DNA from: Azolla caroliniana
Lineage: Eukaryota > Plantae > Polypodiophyta
Reading direction: 5' to 3'
DNA length: 64,000 bases
Assembly (NCBI GenBank): GCA_043228905.1
Contig: JBHGNT010000009.1
Location: 8,184,001 to 8,248,000 of the forward strand
Shown here: positions 1-12,500 of the stretch, in pieces
Position numbering within the stretch: the stretch's first letter is position 1
Layout: the number at the start of each line of letters is the position of its first letter
Position numbers and translations under genes: made by a program
Notes under the pieces: model-generated
Told to the model about the DNA's origin: nothing
The model's database searches: none
What the model saw: only the letters and a program-made list of their open reading frames with translations

Positions 1-163
1 CTGAAATTGTGATTGGTGAGGAGTCACATGGTAGGAGGCGCCCAAAGCCAAGAGCCAAGTGCTTGACTCTTCATTCATAAGCAAAACTTCTGATTTGATT
101 GAGTGTTCTATGAACAAAATTGTGATTGGTCATCCGTCAATACTTCGGCTGATGAGCCGACGT

Positions 164-1129
164 TGTCGCGTGGCGCGTGACACACGTGCCAAACGTCGCA
201 ATGTGCGTGTCACATAGGCATGGACAAGCACTGGGCCTCTATCTGCTAGTGGTTATGGAGGAGAGGAATTAGCCATTTTAGGTTTATTGTCGGGTTGTTC
301 TTTGTTGTCGAAGATGCACCCAAACTAGAATCAGCGGTGCGGTGGATTGAAGTGCAGGCGACGGTAATGTGGTGGTGTGCAACGTTTAGCGGGCAACGAC
401 GACGGCGAAGGCGAAATGATCTTTGCTGGTGCTATTTCCTTCTTGACAAGAATTCCAGAGATAGAGTGAATGACCACACAAAATGAAATTGTAGTAGTTG
501 AAGTGACGCACTAATGTGGTTGTGTGTGTGTGTGAGAGAGAGAGACGGGAATTGAGGAAGTGTTTAAGGTAGATAGATAGGTGGATGGAAATTCCAATTC
601 CGGGTTTGAGAATCAAGACAAGTCACCTATAAGGTAAGTAGGTTTTTTTAATACTAAGATGTTGATTCAATACATAGCTTGATTGATGCCTCGATTCATC
701 CCCCCTTCTTTCTTTCTTATATAGATGCCCCCATGCACATGATGCATGTGAGGGTGTAAGACATGCATACAATGCATGTCAAGATGCATGCAATGCATGA
801 TTGCCATTTGGTGCTCATGCATCGCATGTGATGCATGATGACCATGTCCCTCATTCAAGCTCTAATGTATGAGCATTTACATGTAACAACTTAGCCTAAT
901 GGTAAGCCAATTGTCTCTTAACTTGGAGGTGCAAGATTCAAACCTAACTTGCACCCCATGGTATCCACGAAAATGTTACTAGGCCTTAGGGGTTCTCATT
1001 TCATTTATATTTACAACATGCTAACATACAAGTGTAACCATCGCCCCATTCATTCGTGTGCACATTGCACCTTCTCGATTTTCTCCGTTCCATGCGATTT
1101 TCACACCGTTGCCGAAAATCTTCACGACA
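164..1129 (-). repeat. E1 3' LTR
   Basis: Aligns along its length with 3631-4619, with scattered substitutions and small indels; adjoins the PPT. Confidence 0.93.
885..957 (+). promoter_or_regulatory. tRNA-like (Lys-CTT-like) Pol III A/B-box cassette in the E1 LTR; second copy 4371-4443
   Basis: A-box TAGCCTAATGG (892-902; 4378-4388), B-box GGTTCAAACC (4421-4430; GATTCAAACC at 935-944), tRNA-like spacing, anticodon-loop-like CTCTTAA. Confidence 0.65.
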
Positions 1130-1269
1130 TCCACCCCCACCAAACCGTATGTCCTCCGGTACGTGCCAAGAAGGGAATGTGAGATTTCGGCTACGTTGAA
1201 CAATCAATTTCCTCCATGTCCTCGTTGACCTTGCTCACGTTTGCAAGTTTAGACTTCATTGTAAAGGAC

Positions 1270-1500
1270 CCTCAACTTGTCTTTTATTGAAGATCTTTTC
1301 GCCGTAATGGGTATGGCCAACCTCGATCTGTCTAGCTCCATGAGGTGGTCGGTGGCGTTGTCATTGGCATGTGTCACCTTCTTGCGAACTTCGTTGTCGT
1401 TTTGTGTTGGTTTTCAAGGTTGTTGTTGTAGACCAATACCCAACCTCCTTCGATCTTCTTGGGGTGCAGTCGATGCGTCTTGTCGAACCGAATCCAAAAA
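1270..1500 (-). pseudogene. Remnant of Gypsy integrase C-terminus
   Basis: Manual translation RFDKTHRLHPKKIEGGWVLVYNNNLENQH...ANDNATDHLMELDRSRLAIPI matches E3 integrase RFDRTHRLRPKKIEEGDWVLVYDNSLDNQH...NDNGTYHLAELDGTRMAIPV. Confidence 0.85.
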
Positions 1501-1517
1501 CTGGATGCTTCTTCTTA

Positions 1518-3591
1518 TTAGCCAATCTTTTTCTTTGAGATTGGAGATGGAAATGTTGGCAATACAACCTCTTTGTTTAGTTGGACATCCCACCATCTCG
1601 ATGCATCTTTCCCTTCCTTCTTGTGGGTAGTCCTCATAATCATTTCTTTACTTTCTTCTTCATAAGTAATAACCATCCATTTTACCACAACATCATCTTC
1701 TTCAATAAAAACCTCAATGTTAATTATACTTACATCATTATTATAGTCATCCTTTGAGTTAACAACATCTTTAGTCACCGAATTATTTATCACGAGATAA
1801 CCATCATATTCAATATCATCTACCCTAAACTCATCCTTCCTGCACACTCACAACACCAACATTATCATCATACACATCCCAAACCATCATAACATTTTCT
1901 AGATTATCCTCAATCTTATCAACCTTAATCCCATCCTTCCCACACATACTCACAACATCAACGTCAACATTATACACATCCCAAATAACATTTTCTAGAT
2001 TTTCCTTACTTATACCCTTGTGTTCATTAAGTAACCCTACATCTTTATGGACATATTTTTGTAGAACGTTCTCATCATCACAAATCCCTATTCTATTTTC
2101 ATAATGGATATCCTCATGAATATCACCATTTAATTTAGTGAAACTCTTATAAAATCTATCCCGAAGAAAACCAAGGCAACCTAAAACACACAATTCCTCT
2201 TCGTCACTCTCACCTTCATCATTACCCTTATCATAACCATATCCACAGAAAGTGCACAACTTTTTATCATCATAACCCTCATTCTTCTCTTGGCACTCAC
2301 TCTCACCATCAATAGTAAACTCTCTCTTACTATCATCAAGCCCTAAATCATGTGTATCGTTATTATCGTCACTGTCATCACATTTAAATGTAAAGTTTTC
2401 GTCTCTTCCTAACTTCTCCTCTTGTTTGAGGCCCTCATTAAACCTATCAGACTCGTCATCACAATTTAAACCATGAGAGTCTAGATTCCAACTTCTCTGA
2501 CCATCATGACTTTCGAGTGTAGCACAAACATGAAGAGCTCGGCCTTGATTTCTCCTCTTGAGTTTATAGTAATCTTTGCCACGATCATAACCTTGTAGAT
2601 CTCGAGCACTCTTTGTGAGCTTGTAATGATCTTTGTCTTTATCATAACCGTGTAGATCTTGATCTTTCTCCTCAAGCCCACGTTCTTTGTCACATATCTC
2701 TTCATGACTGCATCCTTGAGTATCTTGGTCTTTCCCCTCTAGCCCACTTTCATCACCGCATGTCCCTTCATGATCTCATCCTTCTCGATCTTCCCTCTTG
2801 AACCCACATTTTTCATTGCATCTCTCTTCATTATTGTATCCTTCTTCAGTCCATCTCTCTCTTCTCTTGAGTTTGCAATGATCTTCATGATGACAATCAC
2901 AACCGCTCCCTTCAAGATTGTGTTCTTCGTCACATGTTTCTCTTTTGTCGAGTTTGCAACAATCCTCGTAATGACCATAGGCATGTCGATCTCTCTTGTC
3001 AATCCCACGTTCTTCTTCATGAACACATCCTTGAATATCTCGTTCTTCCATTTTGAGCCCTTGTTCTTCATCGCATGTCTCTTCACAATCACATCCTCGA
3101 ATATCTTGATCTTTTGTGTTGATCCCACGTTCTTTGTCGTATGTCTCTTCATGATCATGTCCTCGAATATCCTGATCTTCCCTCTTGAGCCCATGTTCTT
3201 CATCGTGTCTCTCTTCACAACCGCATCCTCGAATATGTCCATCTTTCCTTACGAGCCCACATTCTTCGTTGAAAGTCTCTTCATGACAATAATCGCAATC
3301 ATCTCGATCGTCTTCGTCTTCGTCATCGTTGAGTAAACCATGAAAAGGTTGAGGCCCGAATCTTGACGTCATAACTGCTTCATACCAATCTGGAACTTCT
3401 TGATATAGTCTTTCGACTTTCCTTGCCAGCTTGAGATACTCCATCGCTCTATCCTTATGATCACGCAACAACATTTCGATGGCCTTCCTTACAAATGGAA
3501 GGATTACGAGCCTTGCACCACCTTCTATTCTAATCGACTCCTCTAAGTCGTAAGCAAGCAAGAACACATCCATCATTTGTGTTGCCTCCAT
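1518..3591 (-). pseudogene. Long acidic Cys/His-rich repeat ORF in the gag position of E1 (one stop, one frameshift)
   Basis: ORFs 2776-3597 and 1831-2259 share a frame and the gap between them is open except for one TGA at 2776-2778; continues after a frameshift near 1845 into ORF 1518-1847; ~20-aa (60-nt) repeats such as HEETCDEEHGLKREDQDIRGC. Confidence 0.7.
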
Positions 3592-3606
3592 TACCACCTT
3601 GTGTTG

Positions 3607-3624
3607 TTCACATCGGGTTCACCA
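3607..3624 (-). promoter_or_regulatory. E1 primer-binding site, tRNA-Trp
   Basis: TGGTGAACCCGATGTGAA on the minus strand, one mismatch to the complement of the plant tRNA-Trp 3' end (TTCACGTCGGGTTCACCA). Confidence 0.85.
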
Positions 3625-3630
3625 AATAGA

Positions 3631-4619
3631 TGTCGTGTGGCGCATGACACACGTGCCAAACGTCGCAATGTGCGTGTCACACAGGCGTGGACAAACACCG
3701 GGCCTCTATCCGCTAGTGGTTATGGAGGAGATGAATTAACCGTTTTAGGTTTATTCTTGGGTTGTTCTTTGTTGTCGAAGACGTACCCGAACTAGAATCA
3801 GCGGTGCGGTGGATTGATGTGTAGGTGGCAGTAATGTGGTGGTGTGCAATGTTTAGCGGGCGACAACGACGACGAAATGATCTTTGCCGGTGCTATTTCC
3901 TTCTTGACGAGAATTCCAGAGATAGAGTGAATGACCACACAAAATGAAATTGTAGTAGCTGAAGTGACACACTAATGTGGTTGTGTGTGTGTGAGAGAGA
4001 GAGAGAGATGGGAATTGAGGAAGTGTTTAAGATAGATAGATAGATGGAAATTCCAATTCCGGGTTTGAGAATCAAGACAAGTCACCAATAAGATAAGTAG
4101 GTTTTTTTAATATTAAGATGTTGATTCAATACATAGCTTGATTGATGCCTCGATTCATCCCCCCTTCTTTCTTTCTTATATAGATGCCCCCATGCCTATG
4201 ATGCATGTGAGTGTGTCAGACATGCATACAATGCATGAGATGCATGCATTGCATGATTGCCATTTGGTGCTCATGCATCGCATGTGATCCATGATGACCA
4301 TGTACCTCATTCAAGATCTAATGTATGAGCATTTACATGTGAAAAATACAATGATGAAAATCTAACAAGTAACAACTTAGCCTAATGGTAAGCCAATTGG
4401 GTCTTAACTTGGAGGTGCAAGGTTCAAACCTTACTTGCACCCCTTGGTATGCACGAAAATGTTACTAGGCCTTAGGGGTTCTCATTTCAAAAATTTATAT
4501 TTACAACATGCTAAAGTATGAGTGTAACCATCGCCCCATTCATTCGTGTGCACATTGCACCTTCTCGATTTTCTCTGTTCCATGCGATTTTCACATTGTT
4601 GCCGAAAATCTTCACGACA
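3631..4619 (-). repeat. E1 5' LTR
   Basis: Partner of 164-1129; 6 nt from the PBS. Confidence 0.93.
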
Positions 4620-6017
4620 ACGTAGCTGATCTCCTCTTGTGATCGGCTCTCTGAGCCTTATTGTTTCTAGCTTTGAGGGCACAGCAATCGGCCTTGATAT
4701 GTCCGGGTTTCCTGCAATAATTGCATGTTCCATTATCCAAAGACTTGCTCTAGCTTCGTGTATTAGTCGATTGTTGGGAAGAGCTTCTTCCTCAACTGTT
4801 TGGTCAATCGGCCAAACCTCGTACTATGTAGGTGTCACTGGTTGAATCGTGTACAAATGATTTCCTCTGAATAGCTTCCATTAGGAGAGTGTGTGACTTC
4901 GGAGTACTTCACGACGACAAACGACGCGTTGCACACAATTGTGACGAAAGTTTCCCACTATCGAAAACATGGCAACAGTCATGTCAAGATTTGAACTCTT
5001 TACCTCCTGTATATAGTCAAGTGTTGTGTTTTAACCAACACATCCAAATATATGATCATGTTTTATATATCTTAATAGATTATTAGTAGATTATCGATTT
5101 CAAGTCCTAGGAGTTTTTAGAAAGTTCTAGAACTAGAAGGTTCTAGAGGGTTCTAGAATATTCTCTCGAATAATATCCAAAATATTCTAAAGCATGTACT
5201 TCGACTCGAAGTATAAATACTTGTAACCTCCTTGGTCCCTTTCAAGGGATTCAACGCCAGTCATTGACACATCAATCTAGTATTATTGTTTAGCCCCATC
5301 TTCTCTCCTTGATTTACATCACTGACTTTATGCTCTTGTATTGTTCCTAGCGTCTTAAGTTCCTCATCTCATCGCTCCCAACTTCTCAAGTTTCTATCCT
5401 CATCATGTCAAGTTCCACGTTAAATATGGGTTAGAAATCTTGTAAAGAGATCTATCTATAGCTTTTTAAATCACTAAATTTGGAGCTCTGATGAGGGAGA
5501 TATGACAATTAGAAGGTCGTTGGAACTTAGCTAAAAATAGGAGATAAAAAGCTTCTAAAAATAGCGTGAACGAGGAAGAAGAAGGAAATTATAATAGAGA
5601 AGGGGTCCTAATAGAGGAAGGGAGTCTTAGGAAGAGGTATCTTAGTGGAAGAAGATGGTTCTTAGTAGTGGGTTTGAGTGATGGGTAGTAAGAAGGTCTT
5701 TGGTTTTTAAGTTCATTGTGGAGTTTATCCTCTTTGTATTGACTTGAAGTGGAATATTATAACATTCTTATCTCTTTCTCATCTTCCCTACCTTTTATCT
5801 TAACTTCTTGAGTTTTCCTCTCTAAATCGTAGTTACCTAATCTATTATAATTCACAACTCCATCTAATTGGTTTGATCAAGCCCTCATATTAAGTACGAC
5901 TATCATCGGTCTTATACACCCTATCATTTTGGTGCTCTAGGGAGGGCCGATCTTTTCCATATAGGAGGGAGAACTTATCCTTTCTTTGTGTTACTATACT
6001 ACATTAACTTAGCAGCT

Positions 6018-8860
6018 ATGCAGTTTGCGTTTTCGGGTGAAACAACACAAGATGTTGGTGCCTTTTTGGCATCCTTTGAGCATCATGCCATCATGCCATC
6101 TCTATTGGACGCGTCACCGACAATGAAAAGTTGCCCTTGTTGGTAGCTACATTCTATGGTCAAGCTCGAGATTGGTATGACTCTCTTCCACCAAACGAAC
6201 AAGGAGAATATCAATTGTTGGTACACCAGCTTCGTTCTAGATACATTCCACAGCGAAATGAAATGGAAGTAGGAGAGGAGCTTTTTCGACTAAAGATGGA
6301 ATCACCTTTTAGTTTCATATAGTATGAAAGAAATTTCAAGGATTTGTGGACAATGTGGATTCGTCTTCATGGTGGCATTGAAGACGAGTGGTTTAAGATG
6401 GAACGATTCAAGATGGGCCTTGACATGCATTTCCGTTTGGAGGCAAGCTTGAAGAATCCAACAACTTTTCAAGCTCTTCTCCAAGTTTGTCAAGGTTATG
6501 ATCGACAGGTGAAGATGATGAGTTCCATGGGGTACCCCAAAATGACGGCTTTGGGTGCAAATTTGATGCCTCGTGCCAACTTTCAAGCCTCATCTTCAAT
6601 TGTGCATAGTGGACAAGTGTTTTCAAATGTGTGTACCACCAAAACAACAAACCCAACAAGTATATCTCAAGAAGTGGAACAAGTGAAGAGTGAACAAGAT
6701 ACAATGGCATTGGTGAATCGACGCTTTGATGAAGTGATGGCCCACTTGTGAGAATCCCAAGAAATTCACAACTCTATTCCCGATGGTGGTGGCTGTAGAG
6801 GGCATCAAGGTGTAATTTGTTATTCTTTTCAAGAGGAGGGACACATCTCAACAAGATGTCCTCATCAACAACAAAGAGGCATGGGAAGAGGCATGTATCA
6901 AGTGCAACGGAATGGACAACGAGCTATCAACAATGGAGTCGAAGGAGGTGAATCCATAACACTTCCTATGACTCAGGTTCCTACAATTCCTCATAATGTG
7001 AATCTTCTTAATTTTATTGATGATAGTGATAGTGCTTGTGAAGTAGCCCTGTGAAAAGTGCAAGAGCCTTGCAAAAGGAGAAAGAAGTTGATGGAGAATC
7101 TAGTGCCTCGAGAGAAAAGAAGAAGTCTAAGGAGAATGAGGAAGAGGAGAAATTGAGAAGGAGACACTCCAAAAGGAAGATAAAGATGGAGGATATTCCT
7201 ATGGGAGAAGGTGTAGAAGCTTTCAATTTGAAACATGAGTTGATATCAAGTGAACCAAGGATAACATGGCCACAACTTCTCCAATTATCTCCCACATTAC
7301 AAAAGGAGTGGGGGAGGCTTGTGAGTATTTGCAAAAGTCAAAAGATTGTGCATTACGTGGGGATCATGCGAGTAGAAGATCAAAAGGACATACGTCCAAC
7401 CATCCCAGTCTCCATCAAAGGGTTTCATGTTGGGAGACAGGTCCCTCCGGATGGGAAGGGAGAAGAACAGTGTTGATTGGCAAAGGCCGATAGGCCGAGG
7501 CCGAAACCGGATGATGAGTACCCGACTACGGAGAGCCGGATGGTGCAGACCTGGTGAGAACTGGATGACGAGTACCCGGCCACGGAGAGCCGGATGGTGC
7601 AGACCCGGTGAGAACCAGATGACGAGTACCCGACTATGGAGAGACGGATGGTGCAGACCCGGTGAGAACCGGATGAAGAGACATATTTGTAAATATGTTT
7701 CTAAGAGTCCATCGTGGCTATATTTGTAAATAGCCGAAAAGTCATATTAGTATAAATATGACTTAGGGCAAATTTATGAATAGGGTGTGGTTGTCATTCT
7801 TGTTGGCGCAAGATTAGAGCGCGCAACTGTGTACAATGAGAGTGAGAGAGAGGAAGAGGTCATTGCCTCTGATTGTAACCGCCACCTGTGGCGAAGATAG
7901 CAAGCTCGAGGTCGTGGCCTCAGTGCTTTCTTATTGTACATTCTGACATAGTGATAGTTTGCGGTCTGTGGGCTGCCGTGGTTTTTCCCGAGTTTTGGGT
8001 TTTCCACGTAAACATCCTGTGTACTCTTCTCTTCACTGTGTCGTGCATTCATTCCTGTTTTTTTGTGTATGATTCTAAGCTCGGTTGTGGCCGAGCGTTG
8101 CGCATAGGGGACGTGTAGTTCTTGGCATTTCACATCAACGATGCCTTGGTTGATAGTGGTGCTAGGGTAAGCTCGATTTCTGAATTTGTAGTAAACAAAG
8201 TGGGAATTCCTATTCGTAGGTCATCTTCAACAAGGGTGGTTGTAGTAGAGAGTGGAGTGGTACATTGCACAAGCATAGTGGAGGATGTGTTCATCAAGTG
8301 TTTTGGGATAAGAGGAGAAGCTTGCAACAAATACCACATCAACTTGAAGGAAAGTGTATCAATTTCCCCAAAGCTTCGGCAATTGAGTGTTGAACAAAAG
8401 GAAGAATTTATCCAAGAGTTCAACGCATGGTTACAAGAAAGTTCCAATTATAAGATGGAAGATTTGAAGTGTGTCACCTATAGTTTTGGTTCCAAAGAAG
8501 AATGAGATCAATTTCAAACCCTTGAATGATTCGACCAAACAAGATCAAATTTCACTTCCTTTCCGAGATGAGATTGTAGATCAAATGGTCATTTATACAA
8601 AACAAGGTAGTGTGGACAATGTGTTGTGCCAAGAAGATGTGGATGATTCAAAGATCAATGTAATTCAAAAGATGATCATTCCAACAAGTCTCGAAGCTTT
8701 GAAGGTATTTGTGCAAAAGGTTTGCTTGCTCGAAAGATTCATTCATATGTTGACATGCTTACGTCTATCAAGAGTTATCTATCCCATGGCCCTACTTGTG
8801 TATGGAGAGTTGACAAAGACATAATAACTGTAGTAACCTCTTTCTTTTTGTTGACAAGGA
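6018..8860 (+). pseudogene. E4 gag-protease-RT remnants
   Basis: Gag-like FYGQARDWYDSLP, degenerate zinc knuckle CYSFQEEGHISTRCP, protease ALVDSGA (split by the solo LTR), RT fragments SPIVLVPKKN and NFKPLND; many stops. Confidence 0.8.
7428..8127 (+). mobile_element. Copia solo LTR, related to the LTRs of 40018-45670
   Basis: TG...CA ends, 5-bp TSD TTTCA (7423-7427 and 8128-8132), three 54-bp repeat units; reverse-complement similarity to 44709-45670. Confidence 0.92.
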
Positions 8861-9423
8861 AAAAGATGGTGATGGTAATTGTCAATGTGCGTTGTCGTGC
8901 CCTTCGGCTCCGGATCGTTGCGTGAGTCGGGTGGGAACCGCCGAGGTTTTTGACTAGGAGGAAGAGGAATACAACTTAAGGCTAGTTATGAATAGTGGAC
9001 AGAGAAGTAAGATAGCAATCTCGTGAATCCCACGAGTTTAGTGTAATTAAAACAATATTTAGATTATAAGAGCAATTAGATGGCAAAATTCGTGAATCCC
9101 ACGAATATATTAGATTGATCAATCCTTGTATATTAATCAACAACCATATACATATTTCTCTCCTCCTTATATAAAGATGGAAGAGGCTAAGCATGGCTTC
9201 ATGCTTTTTCACCTAAAGTGTCCATGCACACTAAATGTGCATGTGATGTTTTGTCATTTCCTAAATATAGGGCTCATGCACGCTAGATGTGCATGAGTCA
9301 CTTTTAATGTCACGTGTAAATAAAATATTCACACTCTAAAGAATACATGATTTTTACCTTTTAATAAAGGTATGTGTAAATAAAGGTCTTATACGTATTA
9401 AATCTATATTTATAACACTAAAG

Positions 9424-9496
9424 ATAAGTTATTACAATGGTAAAGTTGGGGTTTATCTACATGGAGGTGCATGGTTTGAATCTTGCCCTATGCACG
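9424..9496 (+). promoter_or_regulatory. Degenerate tRNA-like A/B-box cassette in the E2 LTR; second copy 15795-15867
   Basis: TATTACAATGG (9430-9440) and GGTTTGAATCT (9473-9483), same spacing as in E1; shares TGGAGGTGCA.GGTT...TGCAC with the E1 cassette. Confidence 0.5.
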
Positions 9497-9599
9497 TGAT
9501 AAATTCTTTTGATATATTATTTATCTATTTATATGTATCTAAAATCGGATATATTATTTTATGGTTTTCACGTAGTGTGTGGAATACACTACGAAACTC

Positions 9600-12500
9600 G
9601 CCCCCTCCGAACCCGCACATCCTCCGGTATGTGCCGAAGTTCTCGATTCCCCATCTCCGTCTTCACCCAAAGCTTCCTCTGATTCTCCCCTTATGTTGAC
9701 TATGAGTTGTAATTCACTTTCTTCGCTTCCCGCATCACCGTGGTCCTCGTCCGATTGCTCCTCGTTGTCGGCCTTGGCTTGGATCACATAGGGTTTGTCG
9801 TCAGTCCGCTTCTTGAAAATCTTCACCCACTTCCCAGCTATAGGCACTCGTAGTATTGTTCCATCCAACTCGGACAGTCGGTACGTTCCGTTTTCGAAGA
9901 CCTTCCGAACCTCGTATGGCCCGAACCACCTTTTCGCGAATTTCCGCATCGTTGTATGTTGATGGTCCAAACTACTGTCATAGACGATCACCCAGTCTCC
10001 TTCTTCAATCCTCCTCGGTCGTAGTCGGTGCTTTGTGTCGAACCGGCTTTTGTTCCTTAATCGTGCTTCTTGTTGTCGGCGTATTGCTTCCGCTATGTCT
10101 GCCGGTCTCCCCTCTAGTTGTCGTATCCGGACCGCTAGTAGTTCTTCCCGGCTCATCTCTTCCTTCCACGGTAGCACTGTCCATGTTGCGATTGCGGTTT
10201 CCGTCGGCATTACCGGTGCTTGTCCGGTCATGAGTTCTGTCGGCATGTAACCGGTTATGGAGCTATGCGTCGTCCGATCCGCCGATAGTGCATACGGAAT
10301 CATCTGCGGCCAGTCCTTCACCTTTCCATCACATGCCTTTGCAAGTGCTTTCACGATCGGACTATGTCCTCGTTCGATTTTCCCGTTGGCCTCCGGATTG
10401 TATGCCGTTGTCAGCGATAACCGAACTCCGTGTTTGGTGAAGAATCCCCTAGCTTTGTCCGAGTCGAGTTCTCCCCGGTCCGCAATCACTTGTCCTACGC
10501 ACCCGTACCTACAAAATACTTCCTCCAAAAGAAATTGGCATACCACGGAACACGTTTTCCTCTTAAGCGCTCGACCTTCTACTTGATTCGTGAGATCTTC
10601 CCGAGCTAATACCAAGTATTTCTTTTGTCTGATCCCGGTCGGCATGGCCACTATGTCAACCATCCACTTGAAGTTGATTGTCGGTGAGAATGTCGGATGT
10701 AACTCATCTCGATGTCGAACCCCGGAGTAGACTTGACATTTCTCGCAGCTCTCCGTGAACTCCGCGACATCTTTGTACATTTTCTTCCACCAATATTTTT
10801 GCTTGATCTTCACAAATGTTGCCCATGTTCCTCGGTGTCCAGCCCAATCGGATTCGTGAAACTCGGACATTATCCGGTCTTGTTGCTCTTTTGTCCCGAC
10901 TACTCGAAGTGGTATACCATCCGGTCTTTTCGGCGCCCTCCATATTAATCCGTTTTCCAAGAAGAACTTTTGGACTTGCCTCTTCTTCCTTCGGATCTCG
11001 GCTCTTCTTCCTTTATCGTTTGTTGAATCCTCGGCCTCTTGTAACATCTTTCCGATCATCAAGCTTTCTCCCTCGTATTCTTCTTCCTGGAATTCTCGGA
11101 TTACGTTTACTCGGCATATGTGCTCCGACGCGAAGTAGTCTTCGGAAACTTCTTCATTATCCGATTCGGTTATGTCGTCTCCGAACCGAGCCCTTGATAA
11201 CATATCCGCTACCGCGTTGTCCTTCCCCGAGATGTGTCGAACCTCCGGATTAAGCGACTTGACATATGCAACCCACCTTAGCATAGCTACATCCGGTATC
11301 GTACAACACCGCATCATCCCGAGTATCGGAAGACAATCCGTCTCGATCACCACTTCGGCTCCGATCAAATAATCCCGATCCGATTTTATCGCACGACTCC
11401 CCACAGTTCTCTTTTGACTTGTGCATATCCACATTGCCTTTCGTTGAGAACCTTTGCTCCGAATCGGATCGGATACCGCGAACCATCCGAGTCGGCTTGA
11501 TTGATGACCCACCCGATACCGGTTGGACTTGTATCAACCGTTACTATGATCGGTCGGTCATAGCTCGGCTTCTTAAGTGCTTCCGCCCTCCGAAGTGTCT
11601 TCTTCAATTTCTTCATGGCTTCGGTGTGTTCTGGTTTCCATTCGAATTTCTTACCTTTCCGCAACAAGTGGTAGAGCGGGTCCGCTATATGTGCATAGTG
11701 CGGAATCCATATGTGATAGAATGCACATGCACCGAGAAACCTTCGGACTTCGGATGTTGACTCGCATACTTCCTCCATAGCTTGAATCGCATCGATCTTT
11801 GTTGGTGACGGTCTTCGGCCGTAGGGCCCACATAGATGTCCGACCACCAATATTTCTTCTTGCCCGAATGCCGATTTCTCCCCGGAAAGTGTTAGGTGCA
11901 CATCTTCTAGCTTTCGCAACACTTTCTCGCAATCATGAATATGGTCGACCACGAACTTTCGGCATCCCCGATCATCCATAGTCTCATCTTTTTCTTCTAC
12001 CGCGCATCCTTTCATCGGAATGTCATCGAGGAACGGCATCGTTATCTCCGGAATGCAGTCTCGAAGCACCTTGTTCATCGCATTCATCATATGAGCAACC
12101 GAGTTTGTCGCTCCTTGTGGTAGTGTGCACATTCGGACTAATCCTATCGGTGTTCGCATGGTTGTGATGTCTCGGCTCTCCACGGCTAGTTGGAATTGGT
12201 CATACCTCGAGTATAGGTCTCCGATGGAGTATATCGCACGACCGGCAAAAGCTTCCGCAAATACGTCCACTATTGGACCGACTCCCGAGTTCCGGATTGT
12301 GACCTTATTCACCGGTTGCAAGTCTTGGATAAATCGGAGTGACCCATTCTTCTTCGGAACCGTAAACCATCGATTTGAGTACGGAGCAGTTGATGGATCT
12401 AGAATCCCCATCGCCACCTTCTCCTTGAGCAAGTCAATGACTTTCGGAATATGCGCTCATGGTACCGGAATCGGCTTCAGGTTCCACGGTACATGGTCAA

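Larger units (their letters stand above)
164..4619 (-). mobile_element. E1: non-autonomous Ty3/Gypsy-type LTR retrotransposon (tRNA-Trp primed)
   Basis: Direct repeats 164-1129 and 3631-4619 with TGTCG...CGACA ends; 4-bp TSD ACGT (160-163 and 4620-4623); PBS 3607-3624; PPT 1130-1141; integrase C-terminal remnant but no PR/RT/RH. Confidence 0.93.

Noticed and set aside
667-858. His/Met-rich ORF and clustered CATGCA (RY-like) motifs in LTRs
   Set aside because: The ORF is not preserved in the sister LTR; CATG/TGCA richness is also expected from deamination of methylated CG repeats.
885-957. Functional tRNA gene
   Set aside because: Acceptor and anticodon stems do not pair properly; kept only as a tRNA-like cassette.
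2770-3336. Hydrophobic 188-aa ORF resembling a membrane or env protein
   Set aside because: It is the antisense shadow of the GA-rich acidic repeat ORF of E1; there is no independent evidence for it.
5930-5946. Firm tRNA assignment for the PBS of E4 and of the element at 62539
   Set aside because: It resembles tRNA-Asn-type PBSs, but the two copies differ and the host tRNA set is unavailable.
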